Assembly: GCA_023700985.1 (NCBI GenBank)
Contig: JAMPXV010000001.1
Location: 1 to 46,258 of the forward strand
Source of the DNA: Lysobacter sp.
GTDB lineage: Bacteria > Pseudomonadota > Gammaproteobacteria > Burkholderiales > Usitatibacteraceae
Reading direction: 5' to 3'
Length of the DNA: 46,258 bases
Positions 35,152 to 45,047 of this stretch are shown piece after piece. Position 1 is the stretch's first letter. Every line of letters starts with the position of its first letter. The translations under genes were made by a program, and so were the position numbers. The notes under the pieces were generated by a model, which saw only the letters and a program-made list of their open reading frames with translations, did no database searches and was not told the origin of the DNA.

Positions 35152-36867
35152 CTAACGCGCGCGCCCGGCGGCCCGGCTTTTCGTTTTCTTCTCGATCGAA
35201 GCCGCGGTCCCGTTCCCCAGCATCTCCTCCGCGTGACGCCGCGTCGTCTCCGTGATCCTCGCCCCCCCCAGCATGCGGGCGATCTCCTCGATGCGCCCCG
35301 CGGCGTCCAGCGGCGCCACGGTGGCGAGCGTGCCTCCCGCCCCGGCCTCCTTCGCCACGCGCAGCTGGTGCCGCGCGAACGCCGCCACCTGCGGCAGGTG
35401 GGTGACGCAGAGGACCTGGTGGTGGCGCGAGAGCTCGGCGAGCAGCGACCCCACGATCTCCGCCACGCGCCCGCCGATGCCGGCGTCGACCTCGTCGAAC
35501 ACGAGCGTCGGGATGCCGGCGCGCCCGCCCATCAGGACCTGGATGGCGAGCGCCAGCCGCGACAGCTCGCCGCCGGAGGCGACCTTGCCCACCGGGCCGA
35601 CCGGCTGCCCGGCATGGGCGGCCACGCGGAACTCGACGCTTTCCAGGCCGCTGGCGGAAGGCTGCGCCTGGGGATCGAGGAAGACCTCGAGCCGACCGCC
35701 CTCCATGGCGAGGCCCTGCAGCCTGCCGGTGACTTCCTCGCCGAGCCGGCGGGCGGCGTCCCGCCGCTTCGCGGAAAGGGCGCCGGCCGCCTTGCCGAAC
35801 GCCGCCCTGGCCGCGCTCTCGCGCTCGCGCAGCGCCTCGAGGCTTTCGTCGCCGCCGATCTCCGCGAGCCTCGCGCGGCGGGCGGCGAGCGCATCCGGAA
35901 GCCCGGCCGGCTCCACGCGCATCCGGCGCGCCGCGTCGTGGACGTCGCGAAGCCTCCGGTCGAGCGCGTCGAGGCGCTCGGGATCGGGCTCGACGCGCTG
36001 CAGGTATCGGCGCAACTGGTGCGCGGCCTCCCCTGCATGGGCCGTGGCCGACTCGAGGTCGCGCTGCGCCTGCGCGAGGTCGGGATCCATCGCGGCGGCC
36101 TCGGCAAGCCGCGAGGCGGCGCCCGCGAGGAGGCCGGTGGCGCTCGGCTCCGCCTCGTCGGCGGCCTCGAGCGCGGCGCGGCAGTGGGCGATGAGCTCCT
36201 GCGCATGGGCGAGCCGGCGGTGCTCGGCGGTTTCCGCGGCCCAGCCCTCGGGCGTGAAGCCGAGCGCCTCCAGGTCGCGGATCTCGTCGCGGAGGAACTC
36301 GCGCTCGCGCACGGAGGATTCCTGCGCCGACTCCCGCGCCGAGCGCGCCTCGGCCGCGCGACGCCATTCCCCGTGCAGGCGCGCCGTCTCGCGGGCCTCG
36401 CCCTCGGAGCCTCCGAACGCGTCAAGGAGCCGGCGCTGGTAGTCGCGCTGGGAGAGCCACTGGTGCTCGTGCTGGCCGTGGATGTCCACGAGGTGCTCGC
36501 CCAGCTCGCGCAGCTGCGCCGCGGTGGCCGGCCGGCCGTTCACGAACCCGCGCGATCGCCCGGCCCGGTCGATGGTGCGCCGCACGAGGCAGGTCTCGCC
36601 CCCCTCCTCGTCGAGGTCGCTCGCGGCGAGCCACGCCCGCGCCGCGGGGAGCGCGGCGACCTCGAATTCGGCGGCGATGTCGGTCCGGGCGGCGCCGGCG
36701 CGGATCACGCCGGGGTCGGCCCGCGCGCCGAGGACGAGACCGAGGGCGTCGACCAGGATCGACTTGCCCGCCCCCGTCTCGCCGGTCAGCGCGGTGAAGC
36801 CCGTGGCGAGCTCGAGGTCGAGCGCCTCGACGATGACGAAGTCGCGAAGCGACAGGGCCCGGAGCAT
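35152..36867 (-). CDS. recN: DNA repair protein RecN
   Basis: N-terminus MLRALSLRDFVIVE, Walker A GETGAGKSI, long coiled coil, C-terminal signature SGGELSRLALA and Walker B LVFDEVDAG. Confidence 0.95.
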   Translation of the reverse strand: MLRALSLRDFVIVEALDLELATGFTALTGETGAGKSILVDALGLVLGARADPGVIRAGAARTDIAAEFEVAALPAARAWLAASDLDEEGGETCLVRRTIDRAGRSRGFVNGRPATAAQLRELGEHLVDIHGQHEHQWLSQRDYQRRLLDAFGGSEGEARETARLHGEWRRAAEARSARESAQESSVREREFLRDEIRDLEALGFTPEGWAAETAEHRRLAHAQELIAHCRAALEAADEAEPSATGLLAGAASRLAEAAAMDPDLAQAQRDLESATAHAGEAAHQLRRYLQRVEPDPERLDALDRRLRDVHDAARRMRVEPAGLPDALAARRARLAEIGGDESLEALRERESAARAAFGKAAGALSAKRRDAARRLGEEVTGRLQGLAMEGGRLEVFLDPQAQPSASGLESVEFRVAAHAGQPVGPVGKVASGGELSRLALAIQVLMGGRAGIPTLVFDEVDAGIGGRVAEIVGSLLAELSRHHQVLCVTHLPQVAAFARHQLRVAKEAGAGGTLATVAPLDAAGRIEEIARMLGGARITETTRRHAEEMLGNGTAASIEKKTKSRAAGRAR

Positions 36868-36883
36868 GGGGAGCGTTGCCGCC

Positions 36884-37768
36884 TCAGGAGTTGCGCTCGT
36901 TCCAGCGCAGCTTGTCGCGCAGCATCGAGAAGTAGCGGTAGCCGCGCGGGTGCAGGAGGATCGCCGGCTTCTCGGCCGCGGCCACGCCCACGACGTCGTT
37001 CGCCTCGAGGTCCACGTGCGACTGCACGTCGAAGTTGGCGCGCGCGCCCGCGCCCTTCACCAGCACGATGTCGATGCGCGACGAGCTCTGGATGGCCACC
37101 GGCCGGTTCGAGAGGGTGTGCGGCGAGATGGGCACGAGCGCCACCGCGGACAGGCCCGGGTGCAGGATGGGGCCGCCGGCGGACAGCGCGTAGGCGGTGG
37201 AGCCGGTCGGGGTGGCGGCGATGATCCCGTCGGCGCGCAGGCTGTAGATGAACTCCCCGTCCACGTGCACGGCGAACTCGATCATGCTGCCCGTGCCCGC
37301 GCGGCTCACCACCACGTCGTTCATCGCGTGGGTGGCGAACACCTCGCGCCCGGCGCGCAGCACGCGCGTCGAGAGCATGAGCCGCTCCTCGGTGATGAAC
37401 TCGCCGGCCAGCACCGCGGAAAGCGTCTCGGAGACCTTGTCGGCGGGAATGTCGGTGAGGAAGCCCAGGCGGCCGAGGTTCACGCCGATGAGGGGCACGC
37501 CGTGGGCCGCCATCAGGCGCGCGCAGGAAAGAAGCGTGCCGTCGCCGCCCACCACGACGGCGAGGTCCGCCCGCGCCGGGAGGTCGGCGAGCGCCAGCGC
37601 CTCGTCGGGGGGGGTGCGCGACGCCTCGGCCGTGCGCGTGTCCATGAGCACCGCCGCGCCGTGGGCGCGCAGGACGGCGATCACCTGGTCGAGCTTGTCG
37701 GGGAGCACCGTGGCGTCGCTTTTGCCGACGACGGCCACGGTCTTGAAGGAAGGGGGCATGGGCGCCAA
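36884..37768 (-). CDS. nadK: NAD(+) kinase
   Basis: Contains GGDGTLL and NDVV...G. The track start is TTG at 37768. ATG at 37759 (MPPSFKTVAVVGK) is an alternative. Confidence 0.93.
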   Translation of the reverse strand: MAPMPPSFKTVAVVGKSDATVLPDKLDQVIAVLRAHGAAVLMDTRTAEASRTPPDEALALADLPARADLAVVVGGDGTLLSCARLMAAHGVPLIGVNLGRLGFLTDIPADKVSETLSAVLAGEFITEERLMLSTRVLRAGREVFATHAMNDVVVSRAGTGSMIEFAVHVDGEFIYSLRADGIIAATPTGSTAYALSAGGPILHPGLSAVALVPISPHTLSNRPVAIQSSSRIDIVLVKGAGARANFDVQSHVDLEANDVVGVAAAEKPAILLHPRGYRYFSMLRDKLRWNERNS

Positions 37769-37835
37769 TTAGATCACAGCGCCCCCTGCAAACAAAGGAG
37801 AAACCCGGCCGCAGGGGGAACCGATTTTTCGTACA

Positions 37836-38861
37836 ATGAACCGCATGCTGAACGACCGGGCGCAGGCCCTGCTCAAGATCCTCATCGAACGCTACATCGC
37901 CGACGGCCAGCCGGTGGGCTCCCGCGCCCTCGCGCGGGCCTCCAGCCTGGAGCTCTCGCCCGCCACGATCCGCAACGTGATGGCCGACCTCGAGGAGATG
38001 GGGTTCGTCGCGAGCCCGCACACCTCCGCCGGGCGCGTGCCCACGCCCAAGGGCTACCGGCTCTTCGTCGACACCCTGCTCACGGTGCGCCCCCTGGAGG
38101 AGGTGGAGCGCGCGCAGATCGAGGAGAGCCTCCTGCCGGACGACCCGCACCGGGTGGTCGCCGCCGCATCCCAGCTCCTGTCGGACCTCACCCACTTCGC
38201 CGGCGTGGTGGTGTCGCCGCGGCGGCGCGCCGCGCTGCGGCACGTGGAGTTCTTCCACCTTTCCGAGAGGCGCGTCCTGCTCATCATCGTGGCTTCCGAC
38301 GGCGAGGTGCAGAACCGCGTGCTGGTCACGGACCGGCCCTACTCCGCCGCGCAGCTCGTCGAGGCCGCCAACGCCATCAACCAGAACTACGCCGGCATGG
38401 ACTTCGCCACGATCGCGAGCCGGGTGCGCGGCGAGCTGCTCGACCTCCACCAGGACATCTCGTCGCTCATGCGCGCCGCCATCGAGACGGGCGGCGAGGC
38501 GATGCGCCAGCCCGGCGACGGCGTGGTGCTCTCCGGGGAAAGGAACCTCCTGGACGTCGAGGACCTGTCCTCCGACCGCGCGCGGCTGCGCAAGCTCTTC
38601 GACCTCTTCGAGGGAAAGGCCCAGCTGCTGGGCCTGCTGGACGAGAGCGAGCGCGCCGAGGGCGTGAAGATCTTCATCGGCGGCGACTCGCAGCTCGTGC
38701 CGCTCGACGAGTGCTCCATCGTGACGGCTCCCTACGAGGTGGACGGCCGGGTGGTGGGCACCGTGGGCGTCATCGGGCCGACCCGCATGGCCTACGAGCG
38801 CGTGATCCCCATCGTCGACGTGACGGCGAAGCTGATCTCGTCGGCGCTGTCCCAGCACTGA
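37836..38861 (+). CDS. hrcA: Heat-inducible transcription repressor HrcA
   Basis: Contains [29 protein letters not shown] and [15 protein letters not shown]. Alternative ATG at 37845. Confidence 0.93.
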   Translation: MNRMLNDRAQALLKILIERYIADGQPVGSRALARASSLELSPATIRNVMADLEEMGFVASPHTSAGRVPTPKGYRLFVDTLLTVRPLEEVERAQIEESLLPDDPHRVVAAASQLLSDLTHFAGVVVSPRRRAALRHVEFFHLSERRVLLIIVASDGEVQNRVLVTDRPYSAAQLVEAANAINQNYAGMDFATIASRVRGELLDLHQDISSLMRAAIETGGEAMRQPGDGVVLSGERNLLDVEDLSSDRARLRKLFDLFEGKAQLLGLLDESERAEGVKIFIGGDSQLVPLDECSIVTAPYEVDGRVVGTVGVIGPTRMAYERVIPIVDVTAKLISSALSQH

Positions 38862-39962
38862 ATGGCCTACCTCCCGGAACCCCCCTACGCGCACGGGGCG
38901 AAGTCGCGCACCGGCATCCTCCTCGTCAACCTCGGCACGCCGGACGCGCCGGACGCCGGCGCGGTCCGCCGCTACCTCGCCGAGTTCCTGTGGGACCCGC
39001 GCGTCGTCGAGATCCCGCGCGCGGCGTGGTGGGTGATCCTGCGCATCATCCTGGTCACGCGCCCGGCGAAGAGCGCGGCCAAGTACGCCCTGATCTGGAC
39101 GAAGGAGGGCTCGCCGCTGCGCGTCTACCTCGACCGCCAGGTGCAGCTTCTGCGCGGCTACCTCGGCGAGCGCGTGAAGTCGCCGCTCGCGGTCGCGGGC
39201 GCCTGCCGCTACGGCAACCCCTCGGTCGCGGCGGGCATCGCGGAACTGCGCGGCAAGGGCTGCGACCGGATCCTGGTGCTGCCGCTCTATCCCCAGTACG
39301 CCGCCAGCACGACCGGCTCGGCCATGGACGCCGTCGGCGCCGTGCTCGCGCGCACGCGCAACGTCCCGGCCATCCGCTTCGTGCGCCACTTCCACGACCA
39401 CCCGGCCTACGTGAAGGCCGTGGCCCGGTCCGTCAACGACTACTGGATGAAGCACGGACGGCCGGACCGCCTGGTGATGAGCTTCCACGGCCTGCCGCGG
39501 TTCTCGCTGGACCGCGGCGACCCGTACCACTGCGAATGCCACAAGAGCGCCCGGCTCATCGCCACCGAGCTGGGATGGAACGACGAGCGCACCCTCGTCA
39601 CCTTCCAGTCGCGGTTCGGACGGGCCGAATGGCTGAAGCCCTACACGGCCGATACGCTCGAGGAGCTGGGCCGCAAGGGCACGGGGCGCGTGGACGTGAT
39701 CTGCCCGGGGTTCGCGGCCGACTGCCTCGAGACGCTCGAGGAGATCGCGATGGAATGCCGCGACGCCTTCCGCGCGGCCGGCGGCAAGGAATTCAACTAC
39801 ATCCCCACCACCAACGACTCGCCGGCGTTCATGGCGGCCCTCACCCGCATCGCGCTCGACAACCTGCACGGCTGGGCGAGCGCGGAATGGGACTCGACGG
39901 CGGCCGAGGCCGAGGCGCGCGAGTCGGCGGCGCGCGCGCGCGTCCTCGGCGCGACGAACTAG
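38862..39962 (+). CDS. hemH: Ferrochelatase
   Basis: Contains [25 protein letters not shown] and SFHGLP. The ATG immediately follows the hrcA stop. Confidence 0.94.
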   Translation: MAYLPEPPYAHGAKSRTGILLVNLGTPDAPDAGAVRRYLAEFLWDPRVVEIPRAAWWVILRIILVTRPAKSAAKYALIWTKEGSPLRVYLDRQVQLLRGYLGERVKSPLAVAGACRYGNPSVAAGIAELRGKGCDRILVLPLYPQYAASTTGSAMDAVGAVLARTRNVPAIRFVRHFHDHPAYVKAVARSVNDYWMKHGRPDRLVMSFHGLPRFSLDRGDPYHCECHKSARLIATELGWNDERTLVTFQSRFGRAEWLKPYTADTLEELGRKGTGRVDVICPGFAADCLETLEEIAMECRDAFRAAGGKEFNYIPTTNDSPAFMAALTRIALDNLHGWASAEWDSTAAEAEARESAARARVLGATN

Positions 39963-39975
39963 CGAAAGGCACGAC

Positions 39976-40326
39976 ATGGGCTCACTCCTCCTCCGATGGC
40001 TCCTGAGCGCGCTCGCGCTGCTGGCCGTCGCCTACCTCTACCCGGGCGTTCGCGTGGAGTCGTTCTTCGCGGCGGTGATCGCGGCCCTCGTCCTGGGGCT
40101 CGTCAACGCGCTGATCCGCCCGGTCCTGGTCCTCCTCACGCTGCCGGTGACGATCATCACCCTCGGCCTCTTCCTCTTCGTGATCAACGCCGGCCTCTTC
40201 TGGTTCGTGGCGCAGGTCGTGAAGGGGTTCTCGGTCGACGGCTTCCTTTCCGCCCTCGTGGGCTCGATCCTCTACAGCCTCGTCACGCTCCTGGTGAGCT
40301 GGGTCTTCGGGGGGAAGAAACGCTGA
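39976..40326 (+). CDS. Small four-helix membrane protein of the 'phage holin family 4' / YvlD-like type
   Basis: 116 aa. The pattern LRWLLSALALLAVAYLYPGVRVESFFAAVIAALVLGLVNALIRPVL is as I recall for that family. It lies 13 nt after hemH. Confidence 0.75.
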   Translation: MGSLLLRWLLSALALLAVAYLYPGVRVESFFAAVIAALVLGLVNALIRPVLVLLTLPVTIITLGLFLFVINAGLFWFVAQVVKGFSVDGFLSALVGSILYSLVTLLVSWVFGGKKR

Positions 40327-40327
40327 C

Positions 40328-40354
40328 GCCCGCCCGGCGGTCGGCCGGGCGGGC
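40328..40354. terminator. Bidirectional hairpin between convergent holin-family and ompW genes
   Basis: GCCCGCCCGGC-GGTCG-GCCGGGCGGGC, an 11-bp perfect stem. Confidence 0.55.
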
Positions 40355-40375
40355 GCCGGAGCGGCAGCGGGCGGG

Positions 40376-41020
40376 CTAGAAGCGCCAGCCCAGGCCCACG
40401 CTCCAGAGGATCGGGTCGACGTTCACCTCCGTCACCTTCGCGCCGCCGAGCGTCACGTCGCTGCCGATGTAGACCTTCTTCACGTCGAAGTTGACGAAGA
40501 GGTTCTTGTCGACCTTCCAGTCGAAGCCGGCGCCGAACGACGCGCCGACGCTGTAGCTGTCCATCCCCAGCTTGCCGACGCCGGGGATCTCCAGGTTGTC
40601 GTCGATGAAGTAGGTCAGGTTGACGCCGGCACCCACGTACGGGCGGAACGTCGCCTCCGGCGCGAAGTGGTACTGGAGCGACAGCGTGGGCGGCAGGTGC
40701 TTGAACGTGCCGATGTCCACCGCGCCCCCCAGCGCGCTCTGCTGCACCGTGACGGTGTGCTTCTGCGGATAGGTGAGGACGAGTTCCGTGGCGATGTTGG
40801 GGGTGAAGAAGTAGGTGATGTCGACCTCCGGGAACCACTTGTCGTTCACCGTGATGGCGTCGGCCGGCACTGCGAGGGCGGGGATCGCGTCGGACTTGTC
40901 GGACGGCTCGAGGTACAGGGCCCGCAGGCGGACCAGCCACGGGCCTTCGGCAGCGGAGACGGGAAGCGCGAAGGAGGACACGACGGCAGCGGCGAGGAGG
41001 GCAATCTTGGCTTTTCTCAT
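40376..41020 (-). CDS. ompW: OmpW-family outer-membrane protein
   Basis: Signal peptide MRKAKIALLAAAVVSSFALPVSA. OmpW-like strands and the terminal GLGWRF. The start lies downstream of the track's 41134. Confidence 0.9.
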   Translation of the reverse strand: MRKAKIALLAAAVVSSFALPVSAAEGPWLVRLRALYLEPSDKSDAIPALAVPADAITVNDKWFPEVDITYFFTPNIATELVLTYPQKHTVTVQQSALGGAVDIGTFKHLPPTLSLQYHFAPEATFRPYVGAGVNLTYFIDDNLEIPGVGKLGMDSYSVGASFGAGFDWKVDKNLFVNFDVKKVYIGSDVTLGGAKVTEVNVDPILWSVGLGWRF

Positions 41021-41078
41021 GGAATCTCCGGGGAGTTGGGGCGTCCCCGCCAGTCTGTCCGCAAGGCCTCGCATTTTC

Positions 41079-41092
41079 TTGATTTGAATCAA
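41079..41092. promoter_or_regulatory. Perfect FNR/CRP-family box TTGAT-TTGA-ATCAA upstream of ompW
   Basis: Read directly. The centre lies about 65 bp upstream of the ompW ATG. It is a 10 of 10 match to TTGAT-N4-ATCAA. Confidence 0.6.
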
Positions 41093-41143
41093 TGGGTTCC
41101 GATATCTTCCGGTACCCCCTTTCCGGTATGGCACCGGAGTTGC

Positions 41144-41169
41144 CTTGAATTGCCCGCCTGCGCCCCCAT
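41144..41169 (+). promoter_or_regulatory. Sigma-32 (RpoH) heat-shock promoter for grpE-dnaK-dnaJ
   Basis: CTTGAA (41144-41149), a 14-nt spacer, then CCCCAT (41164-41169, extended CCCCATTT). This matches the E. coli consensus CCCTTGAA-N13-15-CCCCATnT. It lies about 37 nt upstream of the grpE start. Confidence 0.65.
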
Positions 41170-41205
41170 TTGCTGCGCAACGGTTTGTTTTTCAGGGAGA
41201 TTCGC

Positions 41206-41763
41206 GTGAACGACCCGCAAGCCCCCGCGCCCGAAAAGGCGGCGGATACCCCCATCGCGCCCGAGGCCCGGATCGCCGAGCTCGAGGCGCAGCTCGCGGC
41301 CGCCACGGCGGAGGCCGCGCGGCTGACCGAGGACTTCCTGCGCGCGAAGGCCGAGACGGAGAACACGCGCCGCCGCTCCGCCGAGGACGTCGCCAAGGCG
41401 CACAAGTTCTCGGTGGAGTCCTTCGCCGCGGGCCTGCTCGCCGTGCGTGACAGCCTGGAGGCGGCGCTCGCCGTCGACGCGCCCAGCATCGAGTCGCTGC
41501 GCGAAGGCGTCGAGCTCACCCACCGGCAGCTTTCGGCCGCCTTCGAGCGGGCCGGCGTGGTCCAGGTCGACCCGGCCGGCGAGAAGTTCGACCCGCACCG
41601 CCACGAGGCGATGGGCCAGGTCCCCTCCGACCAGGCGCCCAACACCGTCGTCAACGTGCTGCGCAAGGGCTACCTCCTCAACGACCGCGTCATCCGGCCC
41701 GCGCTGGTGATGGTGGCGGCCGGCCAGCCCGCCGAATCGGGCGCGGCACCCACAACCGCTTGA
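41206..41763 (+). CDS. grpE: Nucleotide exchange factor GrpE
   Basis: GTG start preceded by AGGGAGA. Contains [12 protein letters not shown] and FDPHRHEAM. The track's upstream TTG start overlaps the promoter -10 element. Confidence 0.93.
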   Translation: MNDPQAPAPEKAADTPIAPEARIAELEAQLAAATAEAARLTEDFLRAKAETENTRRRSAEDVAKAHKFSVESFAAGLLAVRDSLEAALAVDAPSIESLREGVELTHRQLSAAFERAGVVQVDPAGEKFDPHRHEAMGQVPSDQAPNTVVNVLRKGYLLNDRVIRPALVMVAAGQPAESGAAPTTA

Positions 41764-41824
41764 AATACGCCCGGAAACCCCTACTTTCCGGTCAGGTTCA
41801 GGACAAGGACTAAGGACAGCGAAC

Positions 41825-43765
41825 ATGGCAAAGATCATCGGCATCGACCTGGGCACCACCAACTCCTGCGTGGCGATCATGGAGGGCGGCAAGCCCAAGG
41901 TCATCGAGAACAGCGAGGGCGCGCGCACCACGCCCTCGATCGTCGCCTACACGGAAAACGACGAGATCCTCGTCGGGGCCCCGGCCAAGCGGCAGGCGGT
42001 CACCAACGCGAAGAACACCCTCTTCGCGGTGAAGCGCCTCATCGGCCGCCGCTTCGAGGAGAAGGAGGTGCAGAAGGACATCGCCCTCATGCCATTCAAG
42101 ATCTCGCGCGCGGAGAACGGCGACGCCTGGGTCGAGGCGCGGGGCCGCGGCATGGCGCCCCCGCAGGTCTCCGCGGAGGTCCTGCGCAAGATGAAGAAGA
42201 CTGCCGAGGACTACCTCGGCGAGCCGGTCACCGAGGCCGTGATCACGGTGCCCGCCTACTTCAACGACTCGCAGCGCCAGGCCACCAAGGACGCGGGCCG
42301 GATCGCCGGCCTCGAGGTGAAGCGCATCATCAACGAGCCCACGGCCGCAGCACTCGCCTTCGGCCTCGACAAGAAGGAAGGCGACCGCAAGATCGCGGTC
42401 TACGACCTGGGCGGCGGCACGTTCGACATCTCGATCATCGAGATCGCCGAGGTCGAGGGCGAGCACCAGTTCGAGGTGCTCTCGACGAACGGCGACACGT
42501 TCCTGGGCGGCGAGGACTTCGACCAGCGCATCATCGACTACATCGTCGAGGAGTTCCGCAAGACCTCCGGGATCGACCTCTCCAAGGACCCGATCGCCCT
42601 GCAGCGCGTGAAGATGGCGGCCGAGCGGGCCAAGATCGAGCTCTCCTCCTCGCAGCAGACGGAGATCAACGAGCCGTACATCGCGATGGCCAACGGCGCG
42701 CCCTCGCACCTGGCGATGAAGATCACGCGCGCGAAGTTCGAGGCACTCGTCGAGGACCTCATCGAGCGCACTATCGAGCCGTGCCGCATCGCGATCAAGG
42801 ACGCCGGCGTGAAGGTCTCCGACATCGGCGACGTGATCCTCGTGGGCGGCATGACGCGCATGCCGAAGGTGCAGGACAAGGTGAAGGAGTTCTTCGGCAA
42901 GGAGCCGCGCAAGGACGTGAACCCGGACGAGGCCGTGGCGGTGGGCGCGGCGATCCAGGGGGGCGTGCTGCAGGGCGAGGTGAAGGACGTGCTGCTCCTC
43001 GACGTGACGCCGCTGTCCCTCGGCATCGAGACGCTGGGCGGCGTGATGACCAAGCTCATCCAGAAGAACACGACCGTTCCCACGAAGGCGCAGCAGGTCT
43101 TCTCCACGGCGGAGGACAACCAGGGCGCCGTCACGATCCACGTGCTGCAGGGCGAGCGGGACGTCGCCTCCGGCAACAAGAGCCTGGGCCAGTTCAACCT
43201 CGAGGGCATCCCGCCCTCCCCGCGCGGCATGCCGCAGATCGAGGTCACCTTCGACATCGACGCCAACGGCATCCTGCACGTGAACGCGCGCGACAAGGCG
43301 ACGGGCAAGGAGTCCAAGATCACCATCAAGGCGAGCTCGGGCCTCACCGAGGACGAGATCCAGCGGATGGTGAAGGACGCCGAGTCCCACGCCGACGAGG
43401 ACAAGCGCCAGCTCGAGCTGGTCACCGCGCGAAACCAGGCCGACCAGCTGCTGCACTCGGTGAGGAAGTCCCTCGCCGACTACGGCGACAAGGTCGAGGC
43501 GGCCGAGAAGTCGGCGATCGAGGAGGCTGCCAAGGCCCTGGAGGCGGTTCTGAAGGACGGCGACAAGGCGGCCATCGACGCGAAGAGCCAGGCGCTCGCC
43601 ACCGTCTCCCAGAAGCTGGGCGAGAAGATCTACGCCGACGCCCAGGCGAAGGCGCAGGCCGGCGCGGCCCCCGAGGGCGGGGAGGCGAAGGCCGAAGGCG
43701 GGAAGGACGACGGCAACGTGGTCGACGCGGAGTACACCGAGGTGAAGGACAAGAAGCCGGCCTGA
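41825..43765 (+). CDS. dnaK: Molecular chaperone DnaK (Hsp70)
   Basis: Starts [17 protein letters not shown], with full-length Hsp70 similarity. Confidence 0.98.
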   Translation: MAKIIGIDLGTTNSCVAIMEGGKPKVIENSEGARTTPSIVAYTENDEILVGAPAKRQAVTNAKNTLFAVKRLIGRRFEEKEVQKDIALMPFKISRAENGDAWVEARGRGMAPPQVSAEVLRKMKKTAEDYLGEPVTEAVITVPAYFNDSQRQATKDAGRIAGLEVKRIINEPTAAALAFGLDKKEGDRKIAVYDLGGGTFDISIIEIAEVEGEHQFEVLSTNGDTFLGGEDFDQRIIDYIVEEFRKTSGIDLSKDPIALQRVKMAAERAKIELSSSQQTEINEPYIAMANGAPSHLAMKITRAKFEALVEDLIERTIEPCRIAIKDAGVKVSDIGDVILVGGMTRMPKVQDKVKEFFGKEPRKDVNPDEAVAVGAAIQGGVLQGEVKDVLLLDVTPLSLGIETLGGVMTKLIQKNTTVPTKAQQVFSTAEDNQGAVTIHVLQGERDVASGNKSLGQFNLEGIPPSPRGMPQIEVTFDIDANGILHVNARDKATGKESKITIKASSGLTEDEIQRMVKDAESHADEDKRQLELVTARNQADQLLHSVRKSLADYGDKVEAAEKSAIEEAAKALEAVLKDGDKAAIDAKSQALATVSQKLGEKIYADAQAKAQAGAAPEGGEAKAEGGKDDGNVVDAEYTEVKDKKPA

Positions 43766-43789
43766 TCCGGCCGGCCCCGCGGAACCGGA

Positions 43790-43820
43790 GGGTGAAGGGG
43801 TAGGCGCCCCTTCACCCTTT
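43790..43820 (+). terminator. Intercistronic hairpin (attenuator or RNA-stabiliser candidate) between dnaK and dnaJ
   Basis: GGGTGAAGGGG-TAGGCG-CCCCTTCACCC, an 11-bp perfect stem, followed by TTT. Confidence 0.5.
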
Positions 43821-43842
43821 CCCGCATCTGTTGGATTGGACG

Positions 43843-44970
43843 ATGGCGACGAAACGCGACTACTACGAAGTGCTGGGCTTGGGCCGGGATGCCTCCGAGG
43901 AGGACATCAAGAAGGCCTATCGCAAGCTCGCCATGAAGTTCCACCCGGACCGCAACCCGGACAGCAAGGAGAGCGAGGAGAAGTTCAAGGAGGCGAAGGA
44001 GGCCTACGAGGTGCTCTCGGAGGCCGAGAAGCGCCGCGCCTACGACGCCTACGGGCACGCCGGGGTCAACCCGCAGATGGGCGGCATGGGCGGCGAGCCC
44101 GGGTTCGGCGGCTTCGCCGAGGCCTTCGGCGACATCTTCGGCGACATCTTCGGCGGCGGCGGCGGGCGCGGCCGCTCCAGCGTCTACCGCGGCGCCGACC
44201 TGCGCTACAACCTCGAGATCACCCTCGAGCAGGCCGCGCGCGGCACCGAGACCAAGATCCGCATTCCGGCCATGGAGGAATGCGACACCTGCCACGGCAC
44301 GGGTGCGAAGCCCGGCACCCATCCCAAGACCTGCTCGACGTGTGCGGGACAGGGCGCGGTGCGCATGTCGCAGGGCTTCTTCTCGATCCAGCAGGCCTGC
44401 CCGACCTGCCACGGCAGCGGCAAGCAGATCACCGACCCGTGCCGCGCCTGCGGCGGGGCCGGCCGCGTGAAGCGCCACAAGACCCTCGCCGTGAAGATTC
44501 CCGCGGGCATCGACGAGGGCGACCGCATCCGCCTCGCCGGCGAGGGCGAGGCCGGCGTGAACGGCGGCCCGCCGGGCGACCTCTACGTGGTGATCCACCT
44601 GAAGGAGCACGCGGTCTTCCAGCGCGACGGCAACGACCTGCACTGCCAGATGCCGGTGAGCTTCGCCACGGCCGCCCTCGGCGGCGACATCGAGATACCC
44701 ACCCTCGAGGGCCAGGCCAAGGTGAAGATCGCCGCCGAGACGCAGACCGGCCAGGTGCTGCGCCTGCGCGGCAAGGGCATCAAGGGCGTGCGCGCCGCCC
44801 ACCCGGGCGACCTCCTGTGCGAGATCGTCGTCGAGACGCCGGTGAAGCTCACCGACCGCCAGCGGGAGCTGCTGCGCGAGTTCGAGGAGATCAGCCAGAG
44901 CAACGGCGACCGCCACAATCCCAGGGCGAAGTCGTTCATGGACAAGGTCCGCGAGTTCTTCGCCGGCTGA
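43843..44970 (+). CDS. dnaJ: Molecular chaperone DnaJ (Hsp40)
   Basis: Starts [15 protein letters not shown] motif, G/F region and four CxxCxGxG zinc-finger repeats. Confidence 0.97.
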   Translation: MATKRDYYEVLGLGRDASEEDIKKAYRKLAMKFHPDRNPDSKESEEKFKEAKEAYEVLSEAEKRRAYDAYGHAGVNPQMGGMGGEPGFGGFAEAFGDIFGDIFGGGGGRGRSSVYRGADLRYNLEITLEQAARGTETKIRIPAMEECDTCHGTGAKPGTHPKTCSTCAGQGAVRMSQGFFSIQQACPTCHGSGKQITDPCRACGGAGRVKRHKTLAVKIPAGIDEGDRIRLAGEGEAGVNGGPPGDLYVVIHLKEHAVFQRDGNDLHCQMPVSFATAALGGDIEIPTLEGQAKVKIAAETQTGQVLRLRGKGIKGVRAAHPGDLLCEIVVETPVKLTDRQRELLREFEEISQSNGDRHNPRAKSFMDKVREFFAG

Positions 44971-45047
44971 TCCCGCCTCCCTGCGCCGGCGCCGGGCGCG
45001 TTATCATGTCGCGGGAAATCGTTCACATCGATCAGGGGAGAGACTCC

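Noticed and set aside
33896-36367. N-terminal ~820 aa of the 973-aa ORF 33446..36367, and likewise the N-terminal parts of ORFs 1758..3584, 7414..9285, 13691..15844, 21455..22816, 22956..24548, 31475..33058 and 43836..46169.
   Set aside because: Only the C-terminal portions have real protein character (thioesterase, response regulator, Fe-S protein, Lpd-like, secreted protein, RibE, esterase, binding protein). The upstream parts overlap other well-supported genes out of frame and are Arg/Pro-rich.
36868-36960. LexA/SOS box upstream of recN.
   Set aside because: I found no CTGT-N8-ACAG-type dyad in the 16-nt spacer or the adjoining nadK 3' end. The absence is noted in a finding, but no feature can be called.
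37742-37770. Sigma-32-like promoter for hrcA (CTTGAA-N14-GCGCCAATT).
   Set aside because: The -35 element is good, but the -10 element (GCCAAT) departs from CCCCAT at key positions. It also lies inside the first codons of nadK. This is too weak to call.
37769-37835. CIRCE element (TTAGCACTC-N9-GAGTGCTAA) upstream of hrcA, and also upstream of grpE/dnaK.
   Set aside because: No match was seen by eye. The spacer has only an 8-bp inverted repeat, CCCCCTGC...GCAGGGGG, with a 22-nt loop. CIRCE probably sits at groESL outside this window.
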